A stretch of 56,804 bases of DNA from Akkermansiaceae bacterium (GTDB taxonomy: Bacteria; Verrucomicrobiota; Verrucomicrobiia; Verrucomicrobiales; Akkermansiaceae), in contig JALRFY010000248.1 of the NCBI GenBank assembly GCA_023253625.1, positions 1 through 56,804 on the forward strand, read 5' to 3'. Position numbers and translations under genes: made by a program. Position 1 is the first letter of the stretch; the number at the start of each line of letters is the position of its first letter. Under the pieces are notes generated by a model, which did not search any database, was not told the origin of the DNA, and saw only the letters and a list, made by a program, of their open reading frames with translations. Shown piece after piece: positions 18,793 to 27,504 of the stretch.

Positions 18793-20307
18793 ATGACCGC
18801 CACCACACCATCCCGCAGCCGAACCGCCTGGCGCATCCTGCTCACCCTGGCCGTTCTCGCAGTCATCGCCGCACTCGGCGCGCTCCCCACCCTGATCGGC
18901 CCGCCATCGGAAAACGGACTGCTCGATCTGGCGAAATTCACCGGCCGTTTCCACCCCGTGGTGCTCCACTTGCCGATCGGCATCCTGGTCTGGGTGTTGG
19001 TGCATGAGTGCCTGGTCGCCTTCGGCTTGAGGCAAGGCAGCTCGCGCACCGCGATGGGACTGGCGGCCGGCACCGCAGTGATCGCCTCGCTGCTCGGCAT
19101 CCTGCTTTATTATGGGATTCCGGAATACGATGCCAAGCTCGCGCAGCGCCACATGGACCGCGGCATCGCCTTCACCTGCCTTGCGCTCGCCACATGGCTG
19201 GTGAAAATCTGGGTGGATGCCGCCGCCGGGCGCGGGGCATTCATTTACCGCGGCTTGCTGCTCGGCAGCGCCGGCGTGATGACTGCGGCCAGCCACGATG
19301 GCGCGTCACTCACCCATGGCAGCACCTATCTCACCGAATACGCCCCGGCACCGGTCCGCAAACTTCTCGGCCTGCCGGAGAAATCCTCCACCGCACCGGA
19401 GTCCGGCGATTCTGCAATGCAACCGGTCTATCAAGCCGTGATCGCGCCGATCTTGGAAGCGAAGTGCTACCAATGCCACAATGCCGACCGCCAGCGCGGC
19501 AAATACCGCATGGACCAATACGACCTGCTGCTCGCCGGCGGCAACGACGGTGCCGCGATCGTCCCGGGTGACGCCGCAGCCAGCAATCTGGTCAAGCGTA
19601 TCGAATTGCCCGAAGAGGACGAGCTGCACATGCCGCCCGAAGGGAAAAAAGACCTTGCCGCACACGAGGTGACACTCATCAAATGGTGGATCGGCCAAGG
19701 CGCATCCGCCGATGCCCTGCTCGACTCGCTTACTGCGGACGATGAAGTCCTCTCCGCGCTCGCCATGGTGGGTGATGCGGCCCTCGGCGCGGCCAAGGAA
19801 AAGCCGGAGAAGCCCGCGAGCCAAGCCATGAGCAACGAAATCAAGTCCGCAGTCGAGCGCCTGCGTGGCGAGTTTCCGGCGGCCTTGAATTACGAATCGC
19901 AATCCTCCTCCGGCCTCACCTTCACCGCGGCCGGATTGCGCGCCGCGTTTGGCGATGCGGATCTCGCGAAACTCGAGCCCGTGCTGCCGGCCATGGTCTC
20001 CATGGATCTTTCCGCCACATCACTCACCGATGATGGTGCCAAGCTGCTCGCCAAGGCCACCTCGCTCAAATCGCTGCGGCTTTCGGAGACCGCTCTAACC
20101 GAGGCCTCGCTCGACACGCTCGCAAGACTCACCGGCCTCGAATCCCTCAACCTCTACGGCACCCAGATCGGTAGCCCCGCCGTGCTCAAGCTCACCTCGC
20201 TACAACAACTGAAAAAACTCTACCTCTGGCGCACCCAGGTGGATGCCGCCGGCGTGTTGCAACTTCAGGAAAAACTGCCCGGCTGCGAAATCATCATGGG
20301 GCTTTGA
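18793..20307 (+). CDS. Membrane protein with planctomycete cytochrome c domain and C-terminal leucine-rich repeats
   Basis: GRFHPVVLHLPIG, H.G..LTHG, CYQCH, HMPP.GK, LxxLxLxxT repeats. Start moved to 18793. Confidence 0.88.
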   Translation: MTATTPSRSRTAWRILLTLAVLAVIAALGALPTLIGPPSENGLLDLAKFTGRFHPVVLHLPIGILVWVLVHECLVAFGLRQGSSRTAMGLAAGTAVIASLLGILLYYGIPEYDAKLAQRHMDRGIAFTCLALATWLVKIWVDAAAGRGAFIYRGLLLGSAGVMTAASHDGASLTHGSTYLTEYAPAPVRKLLGLPEKSSTAPESGDSAMQPVYQAVIAPILEAKCYQCHNADRQRGKYRMDQYDLLLAGGNDGAAIVPGDAAASNLVKRIELPEEDELHMPPEGKKDLAAHEVTLIKWWIGQGASADALLDSLTADDEVLSALAMVGDAALGAAKEKPEKPASQAMSNEIKSAVERLRGEFPAALNYESQSSSGLTFTAAGLRAAFGDADLAKLEPVLPAMVSMDLSATSLTDDGAKLLAKATSLKSLRLSETALTEASLDTLARLTGLESLNLYGTQIGSPAVLKLTSLQQLKKLYLWRTQVDAAGVLQLQEKLPGCEIIMGL

Positions 20308-20325
20308 CCCCACTCGCAAAACGGG

Positions 20326-20363
20326 AAATCGGCGGGTGATCCAAAGATCCCCCGCCGATTTTT
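20326..20363. terminator. Probable bidirectional intrinsic terminator
   Basis: AAATCGGCGGG-tGATC-caaa-GATCc-CCCGCCGATTT-TT between convergent genes. Confidence 0.7.
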
Positions 20364-20443
20364 CGATCACCTGTTGGAACCAGGGCGAGCAGCCTGATGG
20401 CCGCGCCATCCTGATTCAAACTATGGTTTGCCGGGACAGGTTG

Positions 20444-21031
20444 TTATTTCTTGGCGGCCTTCTTGGCGGCCTTCTTTGCTACCGTCTTCTTAGCGGCTTT
20501 GCTGGCCACTTTCTTGGCGCTTTTCGCCACTTTCTTGACCGTTTTCTTGGCAGCTGTCTTCGCCGCTTTCTTCACGGTTTTCTTCGCAGCCTTCTTGGCT
20601 GGCGCTTTCTTGGCGGGCGCCTTCTTGGCGGCTTTCTTCGCTGTTTTTTTCGCAGCCATGGTTTTGTGTCGTTGGAGTTCGCGTTCTAGTTTGGTTTTCT
20701 CTTCCGGCGTTAACGTGCCGACGGAGAGGATTGCGAGGAGCGCTTCACCGAGGCGTCCTCCAAAAGCGTTGGTAAGAAAATCCTGGGTCGCGCGCTCCAC
20801 GATGACCTCCTGCGAATACGCGGCCTCGTAAACGTGAGCCCTTCCGACAAGCGAGCGCCTGACCAGGTTCTTGCGCTCGAGATTCTGCATCACAGTCAGC
20901 ACCGTGGTGTAGGCGCGCTCCTTGCCATCGGGCAGGGTTTCCTGAATCGCGGCCACCGTGGAAGGCCCCTGGTGCCAGAGAACCGACAGCGCCTGGAGTT
21001 CAAGATTGGAGGGATTGGACGGCCTCGCCAT
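20444..21031 (-). CDS. BlaI/MecI/CopY-family regulator fused to a histone H1-like Lys/Ala-rich tail
   Basis: LELQALSVLW, AYTTVLTVMQNLERK.LV.R...GRAHVY, then 71 aa of AKK repeats. Confidence 0.9.
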   Translation of the reverse strand: MARPSNPSNLELQALSVLWHQGPSTVAAIQETLPDGKERAYTTVLTVMQNLERKNLVRRSLVGRAHVYEAAYSQEVIVERATQDFLTNAFGGRLGEALLAILSVGTLTPEEKTKLERELQRHKTMAAKKTAKKAAKKAPAKKAPAKKAAKKTVKKAAKTAAKKTVKKVAKSAKKVASKAAKKTVAKKAAKKAAKK

Positions 21032-21179
21032 GTGCTGCAAACTCGTTGCTTGTGACGATAGAATTAGTAGTCAGGAAAACCGTCAAGTTAAAACGTAAAT
21101 AAATTTCAGGAAACTTAAAGACCTTTCCTGCGTCTCCGGGAGTCCGGATACTAGGCGGATCGTAGCCAGTGCGCGGAAT

Positions 21180-22163
21180 TTACCGCGCATCCTCCGCTGG
21201 CGCTTGCGGGCGGCTGATGCGTGCATCGATTTTGGCGAGCGCCTGCCATAGCGCCTTGGTGTCAGGCGCGCCGTTGAAAAGCACCTCGCCTTGGGGTGAG
21301 AGCAATACGAGTGTGGGAAGATCGCGCACGCGAAGTTGCCTTGCGAGCATACCGCCGGCTGGATCGATGAACCACACACCGGCATTGGTGAGTTTGGCAT
21401 TGCGGATCACTTCACTGGCTTCACCGGGGAGCTCGGGGAAATCGCCGGATAGCAGCGAGGCGCATTCGATGCCATGATCTGCGAGATGTGCGGCAATGGC
21501 GGCGAACTGCGGCAGGAAACCATCGCACTCGCCGCTCCAGGGCGACCAGAAGTGGAGCAGCAAGGCCTTGCTGTTTTCACCGAGTGATGCCGCCAGCGGC
21601 CTCGCCTCCCCGTCAACCAGCGGAGTCATGACAACAGAGAGGTTTATCTTCAATCCGCGCATCGCCTCAGCGGTGCGCAGGCGCTCGATGTGTGGGGCGA
21701 ATGCGGTGCCTTGGTGCGGGCTGAGCCAGAAGGCCTCGGTGATATGACGCTTGAATGCCGGGTGGTTGCCGGCCTCAAGCGCGGTGAGCGCCTTGAGGTA
21801 TTCGATCACCGCCAGCCAGTCTTCCTTGGCCGCAAAGATGGCGGAGTCCTCGAGTTTGAATGAGGCCTCGCGCTCCGCGAAGGCCGGCAGCATGCCGACG
21901 AGCACCTCATCGTCGCCCTTGTCCACAGCGTGAAGGAAACGCGCCTCGAGAATCGCCTGCCCGTTCACACCCGCATCGCGGGCATGCTGGATGGCTTGCT
22001 GGAATTCCCGCTCGGTTCCGCGTTCGGTGAGCAGGCGGTCGAGTGCGACACGTTTTCCGGCGGCCACCATCTCCGCGGCGGCCGCGGCGGGATTCCAAGG
22101 CTCGGCGGGGGCAACCGCACCAAGACAGAACATGGTGGCTACGAGACGGATGATCGCACGCAT
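21180..22163 (-). CDS. Secreted protein with a C-terminal TlpA/thioredoxin-like domain
   Basis: Signal peptide, LLHFWSPWSGEC, L.VRDLPTLVLL.P.G.V. Confidence 0.75.
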   Translation of the reverse strand: MRAIIRLVATMFCLGAVAPAEPWNPAAAAAEMVAAGKRVALDRLLTERGTEREFQQAIQHARDAGVNGQAILEARFLHAVDKGDDEVLVGMLPAFAEREASFKLEDSAIFAAKEDWLAVIEYLKALTALEAGNHPAFKRHITEAFWLSPHQGTAFAPHIERLRTAEAMRGLKINLSVVMTPLVDGEARPLAASLGENSKALLLHFWSPWSGECDGFLPQFAAIAAHLADHGIECASLLSGDFPELPGEASEVIRNAKLTNAGVWFIDPAGGMLARQLRVRDLPTLVLLSPQGEVLFNGAPDTKALWQALAKIDARISRPQAPAEDAR

Positions 22164-22195
22164 GCAAAACAAGAAACGCGCGGAAGCCCGGCAGG

Positions 22196-22573
22196 TCAAC
22201 GCGGAGGAATGACCATCTTGCGGCCGAGGATGACGATGTCGTTGGTCATGTGGTTGGCGCGCTTGATGGATTCCATCGGCACCTGGTATTTGGCGCTAAG
22301 GCCGGAAAGCGTGTCGCCCTTGACCACGGTGTGGATGGTCGCGGGAGCGGTGGGATCGGACGCTGCGGGTGCTGCGGGCGTGGATACAGAGGCTTCTTCG
22401 TAGGCGGCCGTTGTGTCGTAAACCGGATTCTCATATCCATGGGCGGCTTGTTGGCCCACGCCTGTATCAGGGGAGCCGTAGGGATCGCCGGTGTCGTAAG
22501 TGCCGGCGCTTTGCGAGGCGCAGGAAACGAGCAATGCGGTAATCGCGGCTGCGGAGAGATGGATGTGTTTCAT
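22196..22573 (-). CDS. LysM-domain lipoprotein
   Basis: Lipobox LLVSC and HTVVKGDTLSGLS.KY.V....IKRAN. Confidence 0.88.
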   Translation of the reverse strand: MKHIHLSAAAITALLVSCASQSAGTYDTGDPYGSPDTGVGQQAAHGYENPVYDTTAAYEEASVSTPAAPAASDPTAPATIHTVVKGDTLSGLSAKYQVPMESIKRANHMTNDIVILGRKMVIPPR

Positions 22574-22650
22574 GTATCGGCGGGTTGGAGTTGTTGGCCG
22601 TGTAGGCGGGATGCACGATTGTGAATAACGACAAGACGCCACGGCTTTAT

Positions 22651-23463
22651 TCAATTTCCCTGTTTACGGAAGCGAAAAAATCCATCGGCCGCGCGCGTGG
22701 TATGCCCGGCGAGATCTTCGAGCGCCTCGCCTCTGAGCGCGGCGATGGCGAGCGCGGTGTGGCGGGTCCATGCGGGTTCGTTGCGTTGGCCGCGATGCGG
22801 TTCCGGTGCGAGGTAGGGCGCGTCGGTTTCCAGCATGAACGAACCGGCGGGGCACTGCCGGACGGTTTCCCTCACCACGGCGGCGTTCTTGAAGGTGGCC
22901 ACACCGCCGAAGGACAACAGGCCACCGAGGTCGATGACGCGGCGCGCGTTTCCCCACGTGCCGGCAAAGCAGTGAAACACCGCGCGCACCATGCCATGAT
23001 ATCTCCGATAGATCGCCAGCGCATCTTCGAACGAGCGATGGCCGTGGCGATCGCGGGTGTGGATGACGACGTTGAGCTTCGCGGCGGCACCCAGCTCGAA
23101 GTGCCTTTCGAGAAATTCAATCTGCCGCATGTGAAAGCTTTCATCGCTCCAGCCGTCCGGCGCGGCATGGAAATAATCCAGCCCGGTCTCGCCGATGGCG
23201 CAGACGCGCGGGTCACCGGTGTGGCTGGCAAGCAACTCCGCCGCATCTTCGGGGGCGTGATGCACGTCACAGGGATGGATGCCGATACAGGCGTGGACCC
23301 GCGGGTTATCCGCGAGGCGCAGATTCGCCGCCACATCGTCCAGACAGGTGGCGAGCGTGACCATGCGCGTGACTCCGGCGGCGAGGGCGCGATCGACCAA
23401 CTCCGGCGCTTCCTCCGGAGCGAAACGATGCGATGCCAGGTGGCAGTGGGAATCGATGATCAT
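22651..23463 (-). CDS. tatD: TatD family DNase
   Basis: DSHCHL, GIHP, AIGETGLDY, IHTR, HCF, LETDAPYLAP. Confidence 0.95.
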   Translation of the reverse strand: MIIDSHCHLASHRFAPEEAPELVDRALAAGVTRMVTLATCLDDVAANLRLADNPRVHACIGIHPCDVHHAPEDAAELLASHTGDPRVCAIGETGLDYFHAAPDGWSDESFHMRQIEFLERHFELGAAAKLNVVIHTRDRHGHRSFEDALAIYRRYHGMVRAVFHCFAGTWGNARRVIDLGGLLSFGGVATFKNAAVVRETVRQCPAGSFMLETDAPYLAPEPHRGQRNEPAWTRHTALAIAALRGEALEDLAGHTTRAADGFFRFRKQGN

Positions 23464-24119
23464 GGCTGGCGGACGGCGCGCAGCAGCGCGGCCACTTTGG
23501 TGAAATCCTTCACACCGGCGGAAACTTCCGCGCCGGATGCCACGTCGAGCGCGGCGGGCCGCACGGTGGCCACCGCGTCCGCCGCGTTTTCCGGGGTGAT
23601 GCCGCCGGCGAGCATGGCCGGGATTTCCGACTGCGCCTGTTTGAAGGCGATGGCGGCGTTCCAGTCGAAAGTCTCGCCGGTGCCGCCGTAGACGCCCGGC
23701 GCGTGTGCGTCCAATAGAATGGCTCTCGCGCCGAAATCCGCGGCATGCTCCAGCTCGCCGCGGCCCGCCACGCCGATCGCCTTGATGAACGGCACGCCCG
23801 CCTCGCGGAATACGGCGGCATCATCGGGTGTCTCGTCGCCGTGGAGCTGGACGACATCGAGCAGGCCCTCCGCGACCAGCCGCAATGCCAGCTCCGCGGA
23901 CTGGTTCACGAACACGCCCACGCGCAGGATCCGTCCTGTCAGATCGCGCAGCCAGACTGCGGAAGCGGGATGGAGGTGGCGTTTTGACTTCGGCCAGAAA
24001 TTCACACCCAAGGCGTGCACACCCATCGACGCCAGGCGTTCCGCATCGCCGCGCGTGGTCACGCCGCAGATCTTCAAGGAAGTGCGGGCGGGATCGAAAA
24101 AGGAATCGGACAGTGACAT
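23460..24119 (-). CDS. trpF: Phosphoribosylanthranilate isomerase
   Basis: KICGVT, VGVFVNQ, VQLHGDE, GGTGETFDW, LAGGITPEN, DVASG.E. Confidence 0.95.
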   Translation of the reverse strand: MSLSDSFFDPARTSLKICGVTTRGDAERLASMGVHALGVNFWPKSKRHLHPASAVWLRDLTGRILRVGVFVNQSAELALRLVAEGLLDVVQLHGDETPDDAAVFREAGVPFIKAIGVAGRGELEHAADFGARAILLDAHAPGVYGGTGETFDWNAAIAFKQAQSEIPAMLAGGITPENAADAVATVRPAALDVASGAEVSAGVKDFTKVAALLRAVRQP

Positions 24120-24137
24120 GGCGGTGGGCGCGGCGAG

Positions 24138-24866
24138 TCAAAGGCCGCCGACGGTTTTTTCCAACAACCGGATCATGTCGCGCGCGGCTTTTTTTCCGGT
24201 GGCGAGAACTTCCCCATGGTTGAGCGGAGTTGGCGAAATCCCGGCGGCCCAGTTGGTGAGGCAGGAAAACGCGGCCACCGGCAAGCCGAGCGAGCGGGCG
24301 CGGATGGCTTCCAGCACGGTGCTCATGCCCACCGCATCGGCACCGAGCGAGCGCAACATCCGCACCTCGGCGGGTGTCTCGTATTGCGGGCCGCGCAGGC
24401 CGGCATAGACGCCGCGATGCAGGCTGATGCCAATTTCCGCGGCGGCATCGGCGAATGCATTGCGCCACGCCGGATCGTAGGCGGCGGACATGTCGATGAA
24501 CTCGGCACCCATCAACGGCGAGGTTCCGGTGAGATTGAGGTGATCGGATAAAACCATCCAGGTGCCTGGTTCGAAATCCGGGTTCAAGCTGCCCGCTGCA
24601 TTGGTGAGCACGATGCGGGACACGCCGCGCGCGGCGAGCCATGCCACGCCCTCGGTGACGGCGCGCGGATCGTGGCCTTCGTAGAGATGCACGCGCCCGC
24701 TCATCAGCACGACCGATTCGCGGCCGAGCTTGCCGACGATGAATTTCCCGTGGTGGCCCGGCACGCTGGAAACCGGCAGGCCGGCGCGCTCGAACGAAAC
24801 CTCTTCCTCCACGCACACGGCTTCCGCCAGCGGTCCCAGCCCGGATCCCAGAACGATTCCTGTCAT
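24138..24866 (-). CDS. punA: Purine nucleoside phosphorylase (type I)
   Basis: IVLGSGLG, VPGH.G, GRVHLYEG, TNAAG, GPQYETPAE, VGMSTV.E. Start moved to 24866. Confidence 0.93.
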   Translation of the reverse strand: MTGIVLGSGLGPLAEAVCVEEEVSFERAGLPVSSVPGHHGKFIVGKLGRESVVLMSGRVHLYEGHDPRAVTEGVAWLAARGVSRIVLTNAAGSLNPDFEPGTWMVLSDHLNLTGTSPLMGAEFIDMSAAYDPAWRNAFADAAAEIGISLHRGVYAGLRGPQYETPAEVRMLRSLGADAVGMSTVLEAIRARSLGLPVAAFSCLTNWAAGISPTPLNHGEVLATGKKAARDMIRLLEKTVGGL

Positions 24867-24972
24867 GCACCGGATCCTACGGTGTCCGCACGCACTTGTT
24901 GAGCGGGATTTTTTCCTGTCATTCGAATCCGCCGCGTGGCTGGATCGCGCCCGCCTCCAAGACCGCCCCGCC

Positions 24973-25344
24973 ATGCCGGAACACTACCTGCCCGTTTTGC
25001 TCCAAATCCTCGTCGCCGCCGGATTTGCGGCCTTCGTTTTGATCGCCAGCGTGATCTTCGGCCGCTCGGCGCGGCGCAATGCCACCAAGGACATTCCCTA
25101 CGAATGCGGCATGCTGCCGGTAGGCGAGGGTGCGCCACGCTTCTCGGTGAAATTCTACCTGGTGGCGATGCTGTTCGTGCTCTTCGATATCGAGGTGGTC
25201 TTCATGTATCCTTGGGCGCTGCAGTTCCGCGACCTGATCACCGAAGGCCCGGTGGTGCTGGCCAGCATGGCCGGCTTCGCGGGTATCCTGGTGGTTGCCT
25301 ACGTCTATGCGCTCAAGAAGGGCGCGCTGGATTGGAAGAACTGA
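24973..25344 (+). CDS. nuoA: NADH-quinone oxidoreductase subunit A
   Basis: K.IPYECG, RFSVKFYLVAMLFVLFDIEVVFMYPW, KKGALDW. Confidence 0.95.
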   Translation: MPEHYLPVLLQILVAAGFAAFVLIASVIFGRSARRNATKDIPYECGMLPVGEGAPRFSVKFYLVAMLFVLFDIEVVFMYPWALQFRDLITEGPVVLASMAGFAGILVVAYVYALKKGALDWKN

Positions 25345-25361
25345 ACGACGGACGACGACGC

Positions 25362-25955
25362 TCACCTGCGGCGCGATTGCTCATCCAGGAAAATTTCCGC
25401 AAGCCGGAAACAACGGCGCGTCAGCTCGCGTGCATCGTGGTCGTCAATCAGGGCCACTCCTTCCTCACCGATTTCCGCAAGATAGATTTTCCATGCGAAC
25501 TTGGCGAGTTGCTCGGCATCCACCTTGGGCCGCGGCGATGGGGAAGCGGCGGCAGGCGCATCGGCGGGCGCAGGCGCGCTTTCGCCCGGCTCGCTTCTCC
25601 CGCCTTTGCCTTTGCGGCGGCGGCGTTTGTTTTTCTTCGGGCTCTCGGCCACGATCTCCCCACCCACGGTGGCAGTCTCCGGCGACGGGGCGGCCGGAGC
25701 CTCCGCGGCGTGCGCCGGTTTCTCCTCTGCCGCAGTCGGTGCCGCGATGGGTGCCGCGGGTGCTGCGGGTGCTGCGGGTGCTGCGGGTGCTGCGGGTGCT
25801 GCGGGTGCTGCGGGTGCCGCGGCGGGTGTTGCCTGCGCGGACGGATCTGCCGCCGCCTGCGCACGGGCATTGCCTGCGGGATTCTTGAGCGCGGATTTCC
25901 GGGCACGCTTCAATGGAATGGTCGCTTTAGTGGGGGTCGCTGGATCTTCGCTCAT
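25362..25955 (-). CDS. Hypothetical protein with Ala/Pro low-complexity region, basic patch and a helical C-terminal domain
   Basis: (APA)n, KKNKRRRRKGK, ordered-looking C-terminus AWKIYLAE..EEGVALIDD. Confidence 0.75.
   Translation of the reverse strand: MSEDPATPTKATIPLKRARKSALKNPAGNARAQAAADPSAQATPAAAPAAPAAPAAPAAPAAPAAPAAPIAAPTAAEEKPAHAAEAPAAPSPETATVGGEIVAESPKKNKRRRRKGKGGRSEPGESAPAPADAPAAASPSPRPKVDAEQLAKFAWKIYLAEIGEEGVALIDDHDARELTRRCFRLAEIFLDEQSRRR
25756..25818. repeat. 9-bp tandem repeat (GCGGGTGCT), 6 perfect units plus 1 variant
   Basis: Read directly from the sequence. Encodes Ala-Pro-Ala on the minus strand. Confidence 0.95.
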
Positions 25956-26022
25956 GCGCGTGCAGAGAAATGACGCGCACACACGCCCCGTCGAGCACGG
26001 AATGGTGACCGCAGCGGAAATT

Positions 26023-26733
26023 TCACGCCGCCATCCGCGCGGCCAGTGCGGTCACAATGATGCCCGATGCCTCGTCATCGCCCATGCGGTCGGTGTTCAG
26101 GACGATGTCGTAGCGCAGCGGATCGTTGATATCGGTCTGATAGTGGGTCTTGAGATAACGCATGCGGGCGCGGTCGATGCGGGCGATTTCCGCTACCGCC
26201 TTGGCATGCGAAATGCCGGCATGCAGCGCGTAGTGGTTGCTGCGTGTCTGTTTGGATCCAATCAACCGGACATGAATGGCATGCGCGATGTCCGCGGTGA
26301 TGATGTTGCCGCCGCGGCCCACGATCACCGCATTCCCAGCGCGGGCGATCCGGCGGATGGTCTCGGCGGTGCGGCGCGCCGTATTGTAAACCCCGGGATG
26401 CAGTCCCAGCAATTCAGCCACCATCAGACTGATGTCTCCCGCACCTTGCTCACCGAGATAACCCGACGTGCTTTGCGGCAGCGAGTGTTCCTCGATGACG
26501 CACTGGATCAGGTTCTGGTTGAACAAGGTCCATGGATGCCAGCGCGGGATCGATCGCTCGGTCCGGACACGCTCCACCAAGGCCTCGGCGATCGTGTTGC
26601 CGCGCGCGCCTGCCTCACGCGAAATGGTCACCACCGGACCGTCGGGTTTATTGCCTTGGTCCGTGGGTTTCCCGCGGCCGGTCGCTGATTCCAGATAGGC
26701 CCTGCACAGATCGAGTTGGTTGATGCCGCTCAT
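26023..26733 (-). CDS. Cytidylate kinase-like family protein
   Basis: VTISREAGARG, VIVGRGG, HVRL, D..R..Y, DP..YDIVLNT. GGAGGTG Shine-Dalgarno 5 nt upstream of the ATG at 26733. Confidence 0.85.
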   Translation of the reverse strand: MSGINQLDLCRAYLESATGRGKPTDQGNKPDGPVVTISREAGARGNTIAEALVERVRTERSIPRWHPWTLFNQNLIQCVIEEHSLPQSTSGYLGEQGAGDISLMVAELLGLHPGVYNTARRTAETIRRIARAGNAVIVGRGGNIITADIAHAIHVRLIGSKQTRSNHYALHAGISHAKAVAEIARIDRARMRYLKTHYQTDINDPLRYDIVLNTDRMGDDEASGIIVTALAARMAA

Positions 26734-26790
26734 GACTTCACCTCCATGACAACATCCCATCGGTGCCCGCCACGTCAAGCGGCGCGCGCA

Positions 26791-27396
26791 TCAATCCAAC
26801 GCGGCGATGGCGGCCATGATGCGCTTGGCGATGCGGTCGTATTCGTCCTTCGATTTCGCGGCGCGTTCTTCCGGCGTGAGAAATATCGGCGGCCCCACGG
26901 TGACGGTGATGCGGGCGAACCGGATGCGGGCGGATCCGCGCGGCAGCGCCTCACGGGCACCGGAAATGCGCACCGGCTGGATCGGCACGCCGGATTTCAC
27001 CGCCACCAGTCCGATCCCCGGCGCGGCCTCGCCGAGCGCACCGTCCAAGGTGCGGGAGCCTTCGGGGAAAAGGAGCACGCGGTGGCCTTCCTTGAGCTTG
27101 CGGATGATGGTCTTGAGACTGGCCATGTCCGGTTTTTCCTGGTCCACCGGAATCGCGTTCCATTGGCCATAAAGCCAGCGGAAGAAGCCCTTGAAGAGCG
27201 ACTTGCGTGCCAGATAGACCATCTCGTCCTGGTAGAGATTCCCGATCAGCGGCGGGTCGAGATAGCTCTGGTGGTTTGACGCCACCAGCACGCCACCCTC
27301 GGTGATGAGATGCTCCGCGCCCTTCACGCGCATGCCGAAGAGCGAGCGGAACGCCGCGCCGAACAACAACCAACCAGACCAATAAATCCATCTCAT
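26791..27396 (-). CDS. plsC: 1-acyl-sn-glycerol-3-phosphate acyltransferase
   Basis: NHQSYLD and FPEGSR motifs. Confidence 0.9.
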   Translation of the reverse strand: MRWIYWSGWLLFGAAFRSLFGMRVKGAEHLITEGGVLVASNHQSYLDPPLIGNLYQDEMVYLARKSLFKGFFRWLYGQWNAIPVDQEKPDMASLKTIIRKLKEGHRVLLFPEGSRTLDGALGEAAPGIGLVAVKSGVPIQPVRISGAREALPRGSARIRFARITVTVGPPIFLTPEERAAKSKDEYDRIAKRIMAAIAALD

Positions 27397-27504
27397 GGGA
27401 ATGCGGGAAATCGCGCCAGCTGCGGGCGCGCCGGACTCTCTGGTGCTCTGCCGCCATCGCGCAACCGGAAATTTCCCCGCCGCTCACGGGGTTTGCGCAC
27501 AGCC

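Noticed and set aside
20451-20831. Hydrophobic AAFL-repeat membrane protein
   Set aside because: Antisense reading of the AKK-rich tail.
21050-21125. BlaI operator and sigma70 promoter
   Set aside because: AT-rich with TTGACG and a weak TGAC...GTCA symmetry, but no correctly spaced -10 and no TACA-NN-TGTA box.
24936-25973. Cys-rich (CCG)n and (RVL)n / (PQH)n ORFs
   Set aside because: Alternative frames of the 9-bp tandem repeat, not metallothionein-like proteins.
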